A DNA stretch of 64,000 bases from Macrostomum lignano (GCA_002269645.1 NIVC01000621.1:62001-126000); one strand, 5' to 3'; positions 26,249-39,814 are shown, numbered from the stretch's first letter. Translations and numbers: made by a program. The notes: a model not told the origin generated them from the sequence alone.

Positions 26249-26503
26249 AAATAAGGAAAAACTCCGCACCCACCGCACTACATGTATATCGACTCCCATC
26301 TCACTCTAAACTTTTTGTGCAAAACCTGCCGTCTTTAGAAAAGCGGTTGCCCACCTCATCGGAGGCAAGAGATGAAATTGTAGAGAATTCATAAATACAC
26401 GCTAACTAGAAGCTCAAAGAGGCACGCTACTCTTTTTGGTTTTGAGATTATAAAAATGAAGACTATTATAAAATAATCTCTTTCAAAAAAAGTTTCAAAT
26501 AGT

Positions 26504-27291
26504 TCACGAAGTTGTGAACTTGACTAAGTATCGTGGTGTAGCTTGATCAGTCCGGTAGACAATGTACTCGTCATTGAGCACACCTTGACTTGATTTTGTT
26601 CCTCGTCTAGCGAACACCGAGTCATAGCCCCAATTCTGTACGGTCTGCAGGTTGAGGTTTGTTTGGGCAGATGTGCAGATCAGCGTCGTTCCTAGAAGCA
26701 CCTCGCATAAAAGCAGGGTTTTGACGTTATTATCCTTAGCATATTGGACACTCTTTGAGGTGTCCGTGGCAAAGTAGATCCCTGCGCCAAACATTCCTTG
26801 CTTGCCAATATTGAAGCCGTTGCTAATGATGTTCTCAGCGGCGTTGCTGCGCGTCCCGTGAATGAGCAGCTCTGGAATGCAGTCCTTTTTATGCAGCTGG
26901 AAAAACGCATCATAAAGACGCTGGTCTAATACCGGGTTGCAGATTCTCTCAATATGCTCAGGATGCTGACGCTAGTGTTGTACTCGGGTTAAACATATCG
27001 CAGGACCCTGTCGCAAATGCAATGGTACTCAGCGACGGTCTGTCCGTTTGTTGCTGTGATGGGGACGCGCGTGACTCGTGTCGTTGATCCGGAATGAAGT
27101 AAGTGCGCAAGATGGAGCTCGGTAGCTACAGACTCGCATTGTACCTCGTAAAGTGACCTCGGCTAAAGTGAGTAGGACACAAGAAAAGGGATAAATTAAT
27201 AAAAATTACAAAATACAATTTCTAAGAAAAGTAAAAGCTGTCAAAAAGTTGTTTTCACCGTCGAACGCCGCTTGCTGAAACAATTTCCCAT
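26504..27291 (-). pseudogene. Minimal acylated ART: MGNCFSKRRST micro-exon plus ART exon with one nonsense codon and one frameshift
   Basis: Exon 27259-27291, a 96-nt intron, then exon 26504-27162. In-frame TAA at 26989-26991 and a frameshift near 26954. Motifs IHGT, MFGAGIYFA, LNDEYIVY. Confidence 0.78.
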
Positions 27292-28227
27292 TCTTACTCG
27301 TAGTTTTCTAATTGGTTCTAATGACACTGAAGACACTTGATTTGAGTTCCTTTGTCACACAATTAGGGTTGCTTCAAGACACGGGGTGTCATGTCTCGAG
27401 TAAAAAAACGATTTAAAACTTATAAAATAGCAGAGTTGGAAATTACAACCCTTCTCAAGCATCCCTCCGAGGTACAAGTACACTCACTGTGTACGATGCT
27501 CAATTTCCTGCACATTCCACCACTGTACAGTGAAAAGAACAATGGCTAGAGTGCTAAATTTCGATATTTAGTTGCTTGGTCATTTTGCTGTTATTTGTCG
27601 ATTTGATCACTTTTCCTTCGGGTGAGAGCTGATCAGAAGTTGAAAAATACTTTTTTATTGCAATTTGCGATTTCAACTCTTCTGTAATTGCTTTAAGCTG
27701 TTTTCCATTCTCGTAAACATAGCCAAAATAGTTACTCAAGTCATTTCTCACCCAGATCTTGAATTTAAGTGAATTTCACAATTGTACGAGTATAAAATGT
27801 ATGTATGTATTGATTTGATAAATCATAATTGAGAATAAACGGATTTAAATCTTTAAAGGACCTATTCAATGCGAGCTAAGAAATAATAGAAACTAAGCAA
27901 CTGACAGAATCCGTGCAGTTAGAGTGAAGTCAGGAGTACATTTAGAAGGAACATTCCTCAGAGAGTTATTTTAGGGTATGAGAAAAGCGTGACATCAGAC
28001 CATACGTCAGTACCTTATTCTGATGATGAAATCTTCTTAGTATGAGTCGTAAAGAACTTTTTAATGTAAAAGCTAGCTAGAAATATCATCGCATGCGAGT
28101 ATATGTTTATAATAAATCGTTTTCAAATTTTGCAATAAACATAAAACTGTATCTACGAGCGGATAATTGACAAGAACAAAGACTATCATTCTTTTTAAGT
28201 TTGATAAATCTTAGAACCAGAAGCCAG

Positions 28228-29508
28228 TCAGGCTGTGTTGAACTTGATGAGGTACCTCGGGGCAGCCTGCCTCGGGTCGTACACGACAAACTCATCGTTG
28301 AGCACCCCTCGAGTCTCCCTGGAGTCCCTCTGAGCGAACACGGAATCAAAGCCTTCAGCTCTTAGCGTTTCAAAATTGAGATCATTTCGAGCAGTTCGAC
28401 ACACTTGGTGCTTTCCAAGAAGCACATCGCACAGCAGCAACGACTTGACGCCGGTGTCTTTGCAGTACTGCGCGCTCTTGGTGCTGTCCGTGGCGAAGTA
28501 GATCCCTGCGCCGAACATTCCACGATTGCCTAAAATGAAGCCATCGGTAATGATTTTCTCGGCATTGATCTGCCTCGTTCCGTGGAACAGCTGCTCCGGC
28601 GGACAGTTGCGGTTGTGCAGCTGGCGTCGAAAATCCCGCATCCGCCTATCCAGCACAGGATTCTCAATACGCTCGATGCTGCAGATCTCCTTGATGACAA
28701 CTCCGTGCTCAGGTCTGGTATAGCGAATAACGCGATCTTCAATTTTCAAATACTCGGCCGAAGTTTCCGACTGGCTCTTTGATAGCATGGTTCGGACAAC
28801 TTCCGTTGAATCCAAAATGCTGCAGCTGCTGATCTGGAAGAAAATTTAAATGGAGCTAGCTAATATAAGTACAAAGCGTCCTTGTGCTTCGGTTGTCCAT
28901 GCTGGAGACTTCTATTGCAATAGCCATACATTGTATAGTAAAACTCTAGGCTCTTAACATTGGTATATCAAAACTTGAAGTCAGAGGATACTTGATAAGC
29001 ATTGACCCCGACAGGTGTAAAGTTCATTTAAACGAGACTATGAATTGTTTCTCTGATTAAAAACGTACCGAAGATCGGTTTCCAGCGCTACCGGACTCCA
29101 GCACTCGGCGGATGTGCTGCATCACAGAGTAAAGCGGGCCCCAAGCGTTCCTCAGCCTCTGCAGCTGCTTGTGCACCCCTTTGGGACAGTCGGCCTCCAG
29201 CATTAGCGTGTCCGCCGCCTCGGCCGCTTTCGCCAGTCGGTGCTGAGTGTTGCGCACGGACTCGTACAGCAGCTGGTTGTGGCATAGTGGATTCATAATT
29301 TTGATTCAACAAAGCAGAATTTCTACTATAGACTTTCTGAGAAAGAAAATTACCATTAAAATTTTCTCTTCATCAGCCGGATCCTGTTTTCCGGGTTTGA
29401 AACATTCCTTTAAATTTTCCAGCTCGCATTGCGTCTTGCGCATCAGTTTTCGATCCTCTTTCGTCAGGAGTTGAAAGTCCTCGTAGGCGGCCAATCGTGT
29501 AGCGGTAG
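28228..29508 (-). CDS. Spectrin-like repeat + PARP-type ART, minus-strand copy; first exon not found
   Basis: Exons 29354-29508 (phase-1 start), 29069-29272 and 28228-28833 splice in frame. Motifs LQRLRNAWGPL, FHGT, MFGAGIYFA, LNDEFVVY. Confidence 0.82.
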
Positions 29509-29569
29509 CTGAAATTTTCGAGTTAAGTTAATAATACGAGTATCTGCGGGAGAATTGTAGGCAACGCAT

Positions 29570-29723
29570 CATGTACGCAGGTACGCACTCATACACACGC
29601 TTACACAGAGTGTACAGCGGCCCTAACTTCTAATCATCTCAGGCATGTGCACTCTCAAGGGCCAACTTTCGTGTACAAGCCTCCAAATTAATGTGGCCAT
29701 GCAGGGAATCGAACCGGGGGTTC
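29570..29723 (-). mobile_element. tRNA-SINE fragment related to 8888-9260
   Basis: B box GGTTCGATTCC plus the shared blocks CACATTAATTTGG and AGTTAGGGCCGCTGTACACTC. Confidence 0.7.
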
Positions 29724-30314
29724 TTTAACTTCATAAACTCGTAATGCAACTTTAATTCAAACGCATGCTTGCTTAGTTTTCTTGCACTTGCATGTTTTAG
29801 ATGCCCATCGTTCATAAAAATCACTTATGATTCAATAAAACGGAACTCCGAAACTTACGGAAATGTTCTGCGGTACCTCGTAGGCATTTGCGGCAAAATT
29901 AATCTGCAGCATGGAATCGACTGCTAACTAAAGTAAATCTTACCGATTTTACTGATGACTAATACTCAAAAAATTTAACTACATGCTTTACTCTTTCCAC
30001 ATTGACAACCACTTTAAAAGTACAACAGAACAATTGCAGAATTGATATACATCATGAAAGAAACCACTCCTGACCAATAAGGTTGAAGTTATAGCATCTC
30101 CATCTCCTAGCATACCTAGAGTGTACGTACGCCGTTTTATTGTGGGTAGACAATGGGGGTGAACTTTCGAATCATTGTGTAAGTACACTTTTCATCGCAA
30201 CCTGAAGGATTCCAGTAATAGCTACGGTATATTAATATTAGTATATACCAACTGCAACGCGGTAAACCTGTCTGTCTTTATTTTAAATTCATACTGCAGA
30301 GAACAGCGCATCGG

Positions 30315-30401
30315 ATGGGAAATGTACTGGCAAAGAAACGAGAGAGTCGGTATCCACCGCAGTCTCAAACCGAGATTAGACCCACACAATATTCAACTAA
30401 T
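30315..30401 (+). CDS. Leader exon MGNVLAKKRE... (candidate alternative first exon)
   Basis: 29 codons with a phase-0 GTGAGT donor, preceded by the conserved short 5'UTR intron. Confidence 0.6.
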
Positions 30402-31373
30402 GTGAGTTTATGTTGTTACCATCAGTCAGTGAATTTTATGCTCGCACTTTAAATATTTGTCACGGGAAAATGGCTTCGGTGCTGACGGAGAGACGTCGCA
30501 TCAGACGGAATGAATGGTCGACATAGCAGGACTGCACAGGTTCAATGGCTGTTCTGCTTATTATTTTCTAATAGTATTTTATTCAACTTCAGAATAGGTC
30601 TGAATGGGTCAATTGATTTGCACAAATTTTAACTCATCAAACTACTATCACCTTGGTGGGCGACCCTGTCTCTTGGTGACCCCTGTCTCTTAGTGACCCC
30701 TGTCTCTTGGTGATCCCTGTCTCTTTCGCTATTCTTTTACGATTCTACCAGGCGCTTGTGACGCAACAGTCCCTTCTCCGTCGCATTAGACGCGTTCGAG
30801 TCGCCCAAAAGTCGCTAGAGTAACTAGAGAGTTTGAGTAACTGGAACAACTAGAATAACTACTCGTAGAATAACTACGAGTAGAATATAAAGGATACTAA
30901 AAAATAAGAAAACTGCGCATTCTATATTTAGCACTCGCATCATAAAGTGCTCAGATACAAGGTATCAAACTAAAGTGCGTAGACTATAATGACGTCAGTA
31001 AAGCCAGTAAAAACTAAAACAGATTTCTACTGACATTGCCTCTGCAATCTACTAATAGTCGAATCGCATATTATACAGAAAACCTTGCCTAATACTTTAT
31101 ACTGACTCATGCTTTACACTTCGGAGCACTGGACGTTTGTTTCGTTTGCTTCGTGTTTGTATCTTTTTAAATTGATTCTTTGACCATCTGGGTGACTATC
31201 TTTGATTATGCGACTTTAGAAGCGTTTTGTAAATGCATACAATATATTTATTGCTACTCAAAAATTATGTGCGCTCGTAATGGCTATGTTATATACCAAC
31301 TGCAATGCGGTAAACAAAGTAACAATTTCCGAGTTCGTTTTACATAATCATACTACAGATACCAGCGCATCCG

Positions 31374-34300
31374 ATGGGGAATGCATTGCCGCAACAACAG
31401 CAGAGTCGTCAGCAGCCAGCGCTGTCTCAACCCGAGTTAAAACCAACACAAACTACAACAAATGTGAGTTCATATTGTACTATTGATGGTGTGACCCCTG
31501 TTTCTTTGTGTGACCCCTGTTTTTTGTTGTGACTCCTGTCTCTTGATGACCCCGGTCTCCTGGTGACCCCTGTCTCTTGGTGTGACCCCTGTCTCCTGAT
31601 GACCCGTGTCTTGTCGGACGCCCCTGTTTCTTGGTGGCGCCTGCTTATCGCCCACTTTCTAGAAAAAGCAAAAGCTTCCGTTATTTATCAAATTTATCTT
31701 TTAGCTTTTAGATGAAATATAAAAAACAGCATTTATATCTTATCACTTGCATTTATCACTACGCGCTCAATATATTTACTTAACATAAAATACTCAGTTT
31801 TTGCAATTCTACGAGTAAATTATTTCAAACTAAAGTGCGTAGACAGTAAGAAACACAGAAGATTTTACTGATTTTGTCTGTACACAGTACAATGAATTAA
31901 ATGCACGATTTGACCAAAAAACTTAACTAAGGATCCCCCAAGAATCAAACTGGACAACACGGACGAATTCGATGCTCAACGGCGGTCCGCTAATGATTGG
32001 ATCAAGAAGAAGCACGTAGAGCTGATGGATTTGGACACTGACAAGGGGACGAATACGGAAAAGGCTCGACGGCTTCGGGTTTGTATATTGAAGTTCGAGT
32101 AAAAATTGATTGTACGACCATCTGAGTAATTTATCTTTGATTTTATGGCCATCGGACTGATTTGCTTGTGATTATATGACTTAGATGAGTGTAATTATCA
32201 TAATTTCAATGACTATTTAACCTCTTCCACACTTGATACCTTTGGGTCTCATTTAAGGATTTCAATTTGTTTCAGAATTGTTGCTTGAACTCTTTATGAT
32301 CGTGGGAGTTTTTCTCTTGATTCAATTTGAAGTGATTTCCTTTTCTTCAATGACCGTTCAGAGTTTGGATGATCTCAGATGATCTCCGATGATTCCATGA
32401 GCGTCTGACTTATTCTCTCGGATTTTAATGAACTGATTAAAGGATTGTTCTAAAAGCTCTTGTGACTACCTCCTTTAAGGACATCGAAGCCTCTCTAGAC
32501 GAAGGCGAAGATCTACTGTCAGCGGCTGCTGTAACGGCCGAGCAAATGATGCAGCGAAACACCTGTCCATTTCGAGTTGGTCGTCAACATCTCCAGCTTG
32601 TCCAGTCCTGGTCCATGCTGATTAGCTTGTTTGAGCGACTGAAGAAGGAAGTCTACGCAGCTGATAGCTGTCAGGATGGAAGGAGACGACGGGACGGCGA
32701 AGTAAGTGCTGTTTATTGTTCAACTTTGATTTTGGAGAGCAGAAGGTAGCAACTGAAAATCTGGAAGGTTTGGATAATTTGGAACGATCAGCTATTCTCA
32801 TTATGTAGCTCTTGTATCATGATATTCCCTGCAGATACAAGGAATCATTGTAAAGTTCATGGACTATATTAATGACGTAAGAAAGCCAGTTAAGAAACAA
32901 ACAAGATTTCTACAGTCTACTGCGAGTAGAAACGCACGTTTTTATACCGAAGCTTTTGACTAATATTTAATTGACTAATACTTTAGACTTTAAAGGACCG
33001 GATTATTGTATTATTTATTTTTTATGTCGATTCTACGACCATGTGAGCGACTTATCTTTTTGATTTTATGACATTAGCAGCGTTCTGTAAGAACCTATAT
33101 TAATCGCAACCTGGAGAAATCATGTACAATAGCTACGCTACATACTAACTGCAATGTGGTAAACAATGTAACTGAAAGGTAGTTTGAAAACTTTTACTCA
33201 GCTTGCCAAAGGCAGCTGGCTACGGTGTGCGGACGGAGAGGCGACGGGTCAAGAGGTCGACATAGCAGGACTGCGCAGTTTCAACGGCTGTCCACTATAT
33301 TATTTTCTAATAGTGTTTTTAATCAACCATAGAATGATTCTGAATCAATTGTAGATTGATTTGAACAAATTTTACTCACCAAGCTGGCGATCTTGGGGCC
33401 TTTTTATAAAGCCATCCTAAGATAAGATCGATCTTAGCCATTATCTTCGCAGTCTTCCGACGCACGATCGAACTTACGCTACGACAGCTTTAGAGTACGA
33501 CCCTCTTGTCTCTTGGTGGACTCCTGTTTCTTAATTGGTGCGCGTACCTGTGTCATGGTATGCGTCTCTCTGTCTTGGTGGGCGCCCTTTGTGTCTCGAT
33601 GACCCCTGTCTTTTGGTCGGCGTTTCTGCCTTTATCTCCTGGTCCGGTGGATGCCCCTTCCAAGAGATGGCAACAGCTGAGCTCCTGTCATTCGTCGAGT
33701 TTCGTCAGCTTTAGCTTTTATGGAGTATACCGATCTGAAGTCAATGAACTTTTATGTCTAGTCGTTCCCTCAGCGTTAATTTATTTTTTCACCCAAACTG
33801 TTGCCGAATCTTTTAAGGCTCGCCTCGGCTTATCTCGATAAATAGACAAGCTTAAAACTAAGCTATGTTTAACTAATAAGCTCTTCGATCTAAGGTAGAG
33901 TCGCAACCATAGATCTTATATTCCCTAGATGAGACCAAACTTCTCTAAGCGAAGCCCTAATAAATCCACTAAATGTGAACAGGTTTGATCTCAAAATTCT
34001 ATAGGAATTATTTGAGCTTCGCTTCCTGAGGAGCGAAGCAAACATAGAGGCTTCCTTGGATCAGTGCATCCATTTTTGGCCATGGTTCTTTGATCCCCAT
34101 ATGTGGTATGTATTTTGTTTATTTTGTTCAACATTGCAGTCGCCTGCATTAAAAAAAGCGGAAAAGCTCAAAACCCTGGCGTTGTTCATTTGCTGCTGAG
34201 CACAGCTCACACATACGAATGGCTGGCATCTGCATCATGGATGAAAGAATAGAATAGAATAGCAAAGCTGCGCATTTCTTCGTCATCACAGAAAAGAATG

Positions 34301-37300
34301 TCTGTGTCCCTCGGCTACTGAAGTTAATCATTCAGTGACTGTGATTGGTTTAAATACTCGTATTTTTTAGCTTTTTTCGGGGTCAGCTTTTTAGCGTAGA
34401 TCCAATAGAGACTGGCCCATCTACGGATGACGATCTATGGTCTTAATGCAGAAACGCAAAAATTTTGTTTTTTGGAAGAAAAGTAAAAATATTTATATAG
34501 TTATTACTCGCATTTCTCACTATGCACCCTATACTTTAACTTCCATCATGAAATGCTCCGTTCTCAATTCTAAATTCTTTCAAACTCAAGTGCGTAGACA
34601 GTAAGAAACACAGTAAGATTTCACTGATTTTGTCTGTACACAGTACAATGAATTAAATGCACGATTTGACCAAAAAACTTAACTAAGGATCCCCCAAGAA
34701 TCAAACTGGACAACACGGACGAATTCGATGCTCAACGGCGGTCCGCTAATGATTGGATCAAGAAGAAGCACGTAGAGCTGATGGATTTGGACACTGACAA
34801 GGGGACGAATACGGAAAAGGCTCGACGGCTTCGGGTTTGTATATTGAAGTTTGAGTAAAAATTGATTGTACCACCATCTGAGTAATTTATTTTTGATTCT
34901 ATGGCCATCGGACTGATTTGCTTGTGATGCTATGGACATCTGACTGATTTGCTTGTGATTCTTTGGCCATCTGACTGATTTGCTTGTGATTCTATGGCCA
35001 TCGGACTGATTTGCTTGTGATTCTATGGCCATCGGACTGATTTGCTTGTGATGCTATGGACATCTGACTGATTTGCTTGTGATTCTATGGCCATCTGACT
35101 GATTTGCTTGTGATTCTATGGCCATCTGACTGATTTGCTTGTGATTCTATGGACATCTGACTGATTTGCTTGTGATTATATGGCCATCTGTCTGATTTGC
35201 TTGTGATTCTATGGCCATCTGACTGATTTGCTTGTGATTCTATGGACATCTGACTGATTTGCTTGTGATTCTATGGCCATCTGACTGATTTGCTTGTGAT
35301 TCTATGGCCATCTGACTGATTTGCTTGTGATTCTATGGACATCTGACTGATTTGCTTGTGATTCTATGGCCATCTGACTGATTTGCTTGTGATTCTATGG
35401 ACATCTGACTGATTTGCTTGTGATTCTATGGCCATCTGACTGATTTGCTTGTGATTCTATGGCAATCTGACTGATTTATTATTTGATCTAGGACTTATAT
35501 GAGTATAATATATAATAAGTCCTCATACTTATCTGAGGACTTATCTTCATTTCAATGACCATTTAGAGGATTTCAATTTGTTTCAGAATTATTATTTGAA
35601 CTCTTTATAATGGTATGAGCTTTTCTCTTGATCCAATAGAAGTTTGAGTTATTTTCTTTTTTATAATGACCATTTAGAATCTAGATAGTCTCGGATGATT
35701 TCATGACCACCTGATTTGTTCTCTCTGAAATTATTAAACAGATAAATTTTTATTCCAAAGGCTCTTGTGATACCTCCTTTAAGGACATCGAAGCCTCTCT
35801 AGACGAAGGCGAAGATTTACTGTCAGCGGCTGCTGTAACGGCTGAGCAAATGATGCAGCGAAACACCTGTCCATTTCGAGTTGGTCGTCAACATCTCCAG
35901 CTTGTCCAGTCCTGGTCCATGCTGATTAGCTTGTTTGAGCGACTGAAGAAGGAAGTCTACGCAGCTGATAGCGGCCAGGACGGAAGGAGACGACGGGACG
36001 GCGAAGTAAGTGCCATTTATTATTCAACTTTGATTTTGGAGAGCAGAAGGCAGCGACTGAATATCTGGAAGGTTGGATTATCTAGATCTGAGTTACGGTA
36101 CTCACTGAAGTTTTCAGCGGCTGCTGTCGTTACTGATGGTCTGGAGGTTTGGAGAGGGTAGCGGACTCACTAAAAGTCGGGAGAGGAAAACGGTACTGAC
36201 ATGTACTGTGTTATGTTACCCATTGTACGAGCGTAGGTGATGAAGCTGAAGTAAGCATTCAGCTTCTTATTAACTGGCTGGCAGAGCTACACCACGTGGA
36301 ACTTTCCTTTCCCACAGAACCGCTATCGACGAAACTGCGATCAGAGTCAGACCCGCGGAATATGGCAAAGCGAGACCGAGTTGCGAGATGGATCGGAAAA
36401 CAGAGACGATTGGAGCGAGAGCGACAGGGAAAGGCGTTATGGCGGGAAGCGACACCACAATGCGAGGAGAGATGTGGGTTATCAAAACTACTTTGTCGTT
36501 TTACTCAAACAGTCGTATTACTCAAGCAAACAATGTAAAATAGTTGTAAACATGCTTTTAGAACAACTGCGAAAGTCGAAGTGCTTGGAGAGATCCAAGT
36601 CGTGAACTTTCCAACAGCCAAGATGATTTAAGACGCTGGGCGGAGACAGGCAATGAAGAGAGCAACAGGAATCGAAATGGCCGCGTCGATGGCGGTAGGC
36701 GTAACAATCGAAGAGAGTATCGTAGACGCCGCGGCTACTGTAAAGAGCAGGTGAGTCTGATCTTGTCGGCCAGAAAATTATTCAAAAACACTCAATGTAG
36801 TAGCTTGTAGTAGTTCAGAAATCTAGTTTCCCATGAAACATAGACGGACGTCTTCTATGAAAAGCACATCCATTCTTCCATGAGAGACGCATTCAGGCTT
36901 CCATGAGACACATCAAATCTTCGAAGTAACGATCTAAAACGCAATTTCTTAAGACTGCAATCCGACCATTATTAACAATTCTAGACTGTTTTGTCCAAAT
37001 TCGACACCGGATGTCCTCCCCAATCCCATATGCAGCAGAAAGTACGGAATTTCAACTGCGGCCACTGGGAGCCGCTAGATTTTGAAACCTCATCTCGGCT
37101 AGTCAGCAACGAGTTCTGCTCCAAATGCTGGCCGCTCACCGCCCAGATGCAGCGGAACGGCCTGTTTAGTCGGCCGAGAGACGACGACCAGGTCAAGCGT
37201 ACAATGCTGTCGGACACTGACCCTGAAACCTCTCTGGAATATATTCAGGTGCTGGACAGGGTGACCAGATACGTCAAGTGGGAGCACAATATCAAAGTGA

Positions 37301-38578
37301 GAATTTTAACCATCGAGAAGATCGAAAACCCCGTGTTGGACAGGCGGGTCTATCACGTGTACGACCAGCTGATTAAGAAAAACAGCGAGCCACTCCTGCT
37401 CATCCACGGCACGACTGGAGACGTAGCCGAGAGGATCCTCCAGGAAGGCTTTCAGGTATCTAAATTTGGCACCTACTAATATAAGTGCATGTCAGCTGCA
37501 TATGCTTTGTGCAGGGTGGGCGATTCCGATGACCATTCGGTTGTTTTCCCATCGAGGACTACAGGCCAACAACAATGTGCTCCTGGTGGTCCTTGTATTC
37601 CATTACAGTATGAGCAAGCACACAAGTCAGTCAAGCGCACGTAATTCTCTTAAACCAGGTTTTTAGCGTCCGTTAAAAATCAAGGGAAACTGATACAACG
37701 AATGGCGTATCGTTATCCGATTAAAACTGTATGGTAAGAGCCACACCAGAAATTTTGCCGCGTAAGAGACCTTAGCTACCGTCATTGTATGAATGACGGG
37801 TAGTCATTGTGAAGTTCTTCGTCCATTATTTAACTCAGTTACATATTTGTATCCTAGTAAGGGGCTTATAGCCTAGTGGTTAGAGTGTCGGACTCACGCT
37901 CGGGGGTTCGATTCTCGACCCACTCGGAACAATTCATATGCTTGAGCAAGACACTTAACTATGCCTTGCTTCAGTTTACCCAGCTGTGAAATGGGTGCCA
38001 GCATTAGCTGGGGTAATTGAGGGTGTGTGTGGTGACCCCCAGTCCTTGGACTGAACAGCCGTACGCAGCCTTCAGATGCGCCGTGCAATAGCTGTTGGTT
38101 TCACATCTTACCCAAATGGGTTGTGCGATAAATTATTATTATTATTTTATAGTTAAAACCTACCAGTGCATGTACAGTATGCTAAATGCTATAACCTCCG
38201 ATAATTTGAATCTATTTTTAAATGAAAATCTCTAAACCGCTGTACACTATTAAGGTTGGCACCAGAGGCATGTACGGAGCAGGGATCTACTTTGCAACCG
38301 ACACTAGCAAGAGTGCACAGTACGCTAGAGACAGCGGCGTCAAGACCCTCCTGCTGTGCAACGTTGTGCTCGGCAAGTACATGGAGTGCAACTCACCCAG
38401 GAACGATCTGAACTTGCAGAATGTTGTGGCCGCCGGTTTCGACTCGGTGTTCGCCAAACGGAACTCGAGGGGAACCGGAGGCGTGTTAAACGACGAGTAT
38501 ATTGTGTACCGACCCGAGCAAGCGTCACCCAGGTACCTGGTGAAGTTTGAAGCCAGATCTGCGCTGTTTTTGGGTTAA
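31374..38578 (+). CDS. Met-Gly leader + duplicated spectrin cassette + linker + PARP-type ART, copy 3 (most complete model)
   Basis: Open phase-0 exons 31374-31463, 31932-32078, 32480-32701, 34688-34834, 35784-36005, 36318-36473, 36562-36750, 37036-37455 and 38255-38578. This gives 638 aa with both cassettes or 515 aa with one. Confidence 0.78.
34872..35480. repeat. 31-bp minisatellite (GGCCATCTGACTGATTTGCTTGTGATTCTAT), about 19 units
   Basis: Direct reading; third variant of the same family. Confidence 0.93.
37861..38147 (+). mobile_element. tRNA-derived CORE-type SINE in the ART intron
   Basis: A box TAGCCTAGTGG, B box GGTTCGATTC, MIR-core-like TTGAGCAAGACACTTAAC...CAGTTTACCCAGCTGTGAAATGGG, and an (ATT)n tail. 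Confidence 0.8.
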
Positions 38579-38649
38579 CATAAGTGGAATACATATGGAG
38601 TAATTTTATGTAATGAATGTAGTGAATAAAGAGTAACAAATGTTATCTA

Positions 38650-38935
38650 GGGGGTTGTAGTGTGGTGCGGTTGTAGCGTCGTACTCACGACTGAATTGAA
38701 ATTTTTTTGAGGGTTCGTGCCTTTGAGCAGGACACTTAACTCTACATTGATTCGGTTCATCCAGCTGTAAAATGGGTGCGAGCATTGGCTCAAAAATTGA
38801 GGGTGTGTGTGGCGACCCCCCCCCCCAGGTTTTCGATTGAACAGCCGCACGCAAATTTTAGATGCGCCGCGCAATAGCTGCGCTGAGGTGTCAGTTGTGC
38901 ACCTGGCAGGTGTAAGCAATTGTTATTACTATTGT
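38650..38935 (+). mobile_element. Second, more decayed CORE-type SINE
   Basis: Colinear with 37861-38147 across the core and the 3' body. Confidence 0.72.
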
Positions 38936-39814
38936 ATGTATGCATAACATATATACACTTTATTTACGAGCTATGTATGTATATTATCTCAACCTAATAT
39001 ATGGAATTAACTCAGCATCCTTGAAAACCGCCACCCTACGACCTTGAGCGAGAGTTGGATAACTTCGTGTCATTTGCAGTGTCGTGAGCTGAAGTAAAAC
39101 GCTCTGAAAATGCTCCAGGGTGGCGATTTTTAGTGATGCTGTGAGCATATTTGTAGCCATTGAATTTAATAGTTTGCTAGGTTATTAATAAAAAATGACT
39201 TTGAAGGAATCACATAGCGAATTAAAGATCTGTTGTTTTTTATTACAATGTACGTACGCAAATGTCAGTGCTCACAGTTACATGCAGCTTTGCATTATAG
39301 GAGCAAGATTCAGTTATAGTTATATATAATACCCCGGTATATGAACTCGTATGAAATTTACGGTATGTGCATGTACATGTGCATGCTATATATGACGGCT
39401 TACTTTTTACTTTTTGACATGTTTATCCAGTGATAGCTGTGACTCCTAAAACATCAAATATACGGCGTATATATTTGCCTGTTTGGCTTAACTATAATGC
39501 TGATAGTAATTTCTTTTGATGGCAACTTTGACTGAATATTGAATAAAACTATCACTAATGTTTAAGTTTAAGTTATTAGTATTATTGTGGCAATGTAAGA
39601 ATTACATGTAAGAATTAAAGCTATTTAGATGTATTATATAACTATAAAATCCATCGTACAAACTAGTCTAACAAAAAATGACTATCATCTGTGAGGCAAG
39701 TAATGAATTGTCTAACTTATTGTCAATTTGAACGCAGAGTTAACAAAATATAAAAATTTTTGTTCACAGATCACGTAACCTGAACGCAATCAGCAAACAT
39801 TAATTACACGTAAC

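Noticed and set aside
27554-27770. 65-aa ORF as an upstream exon of the 26.5-kb ART
   Set aside because: It ends in a stop with no donor, and the MGNCFSK exon already provides a start.
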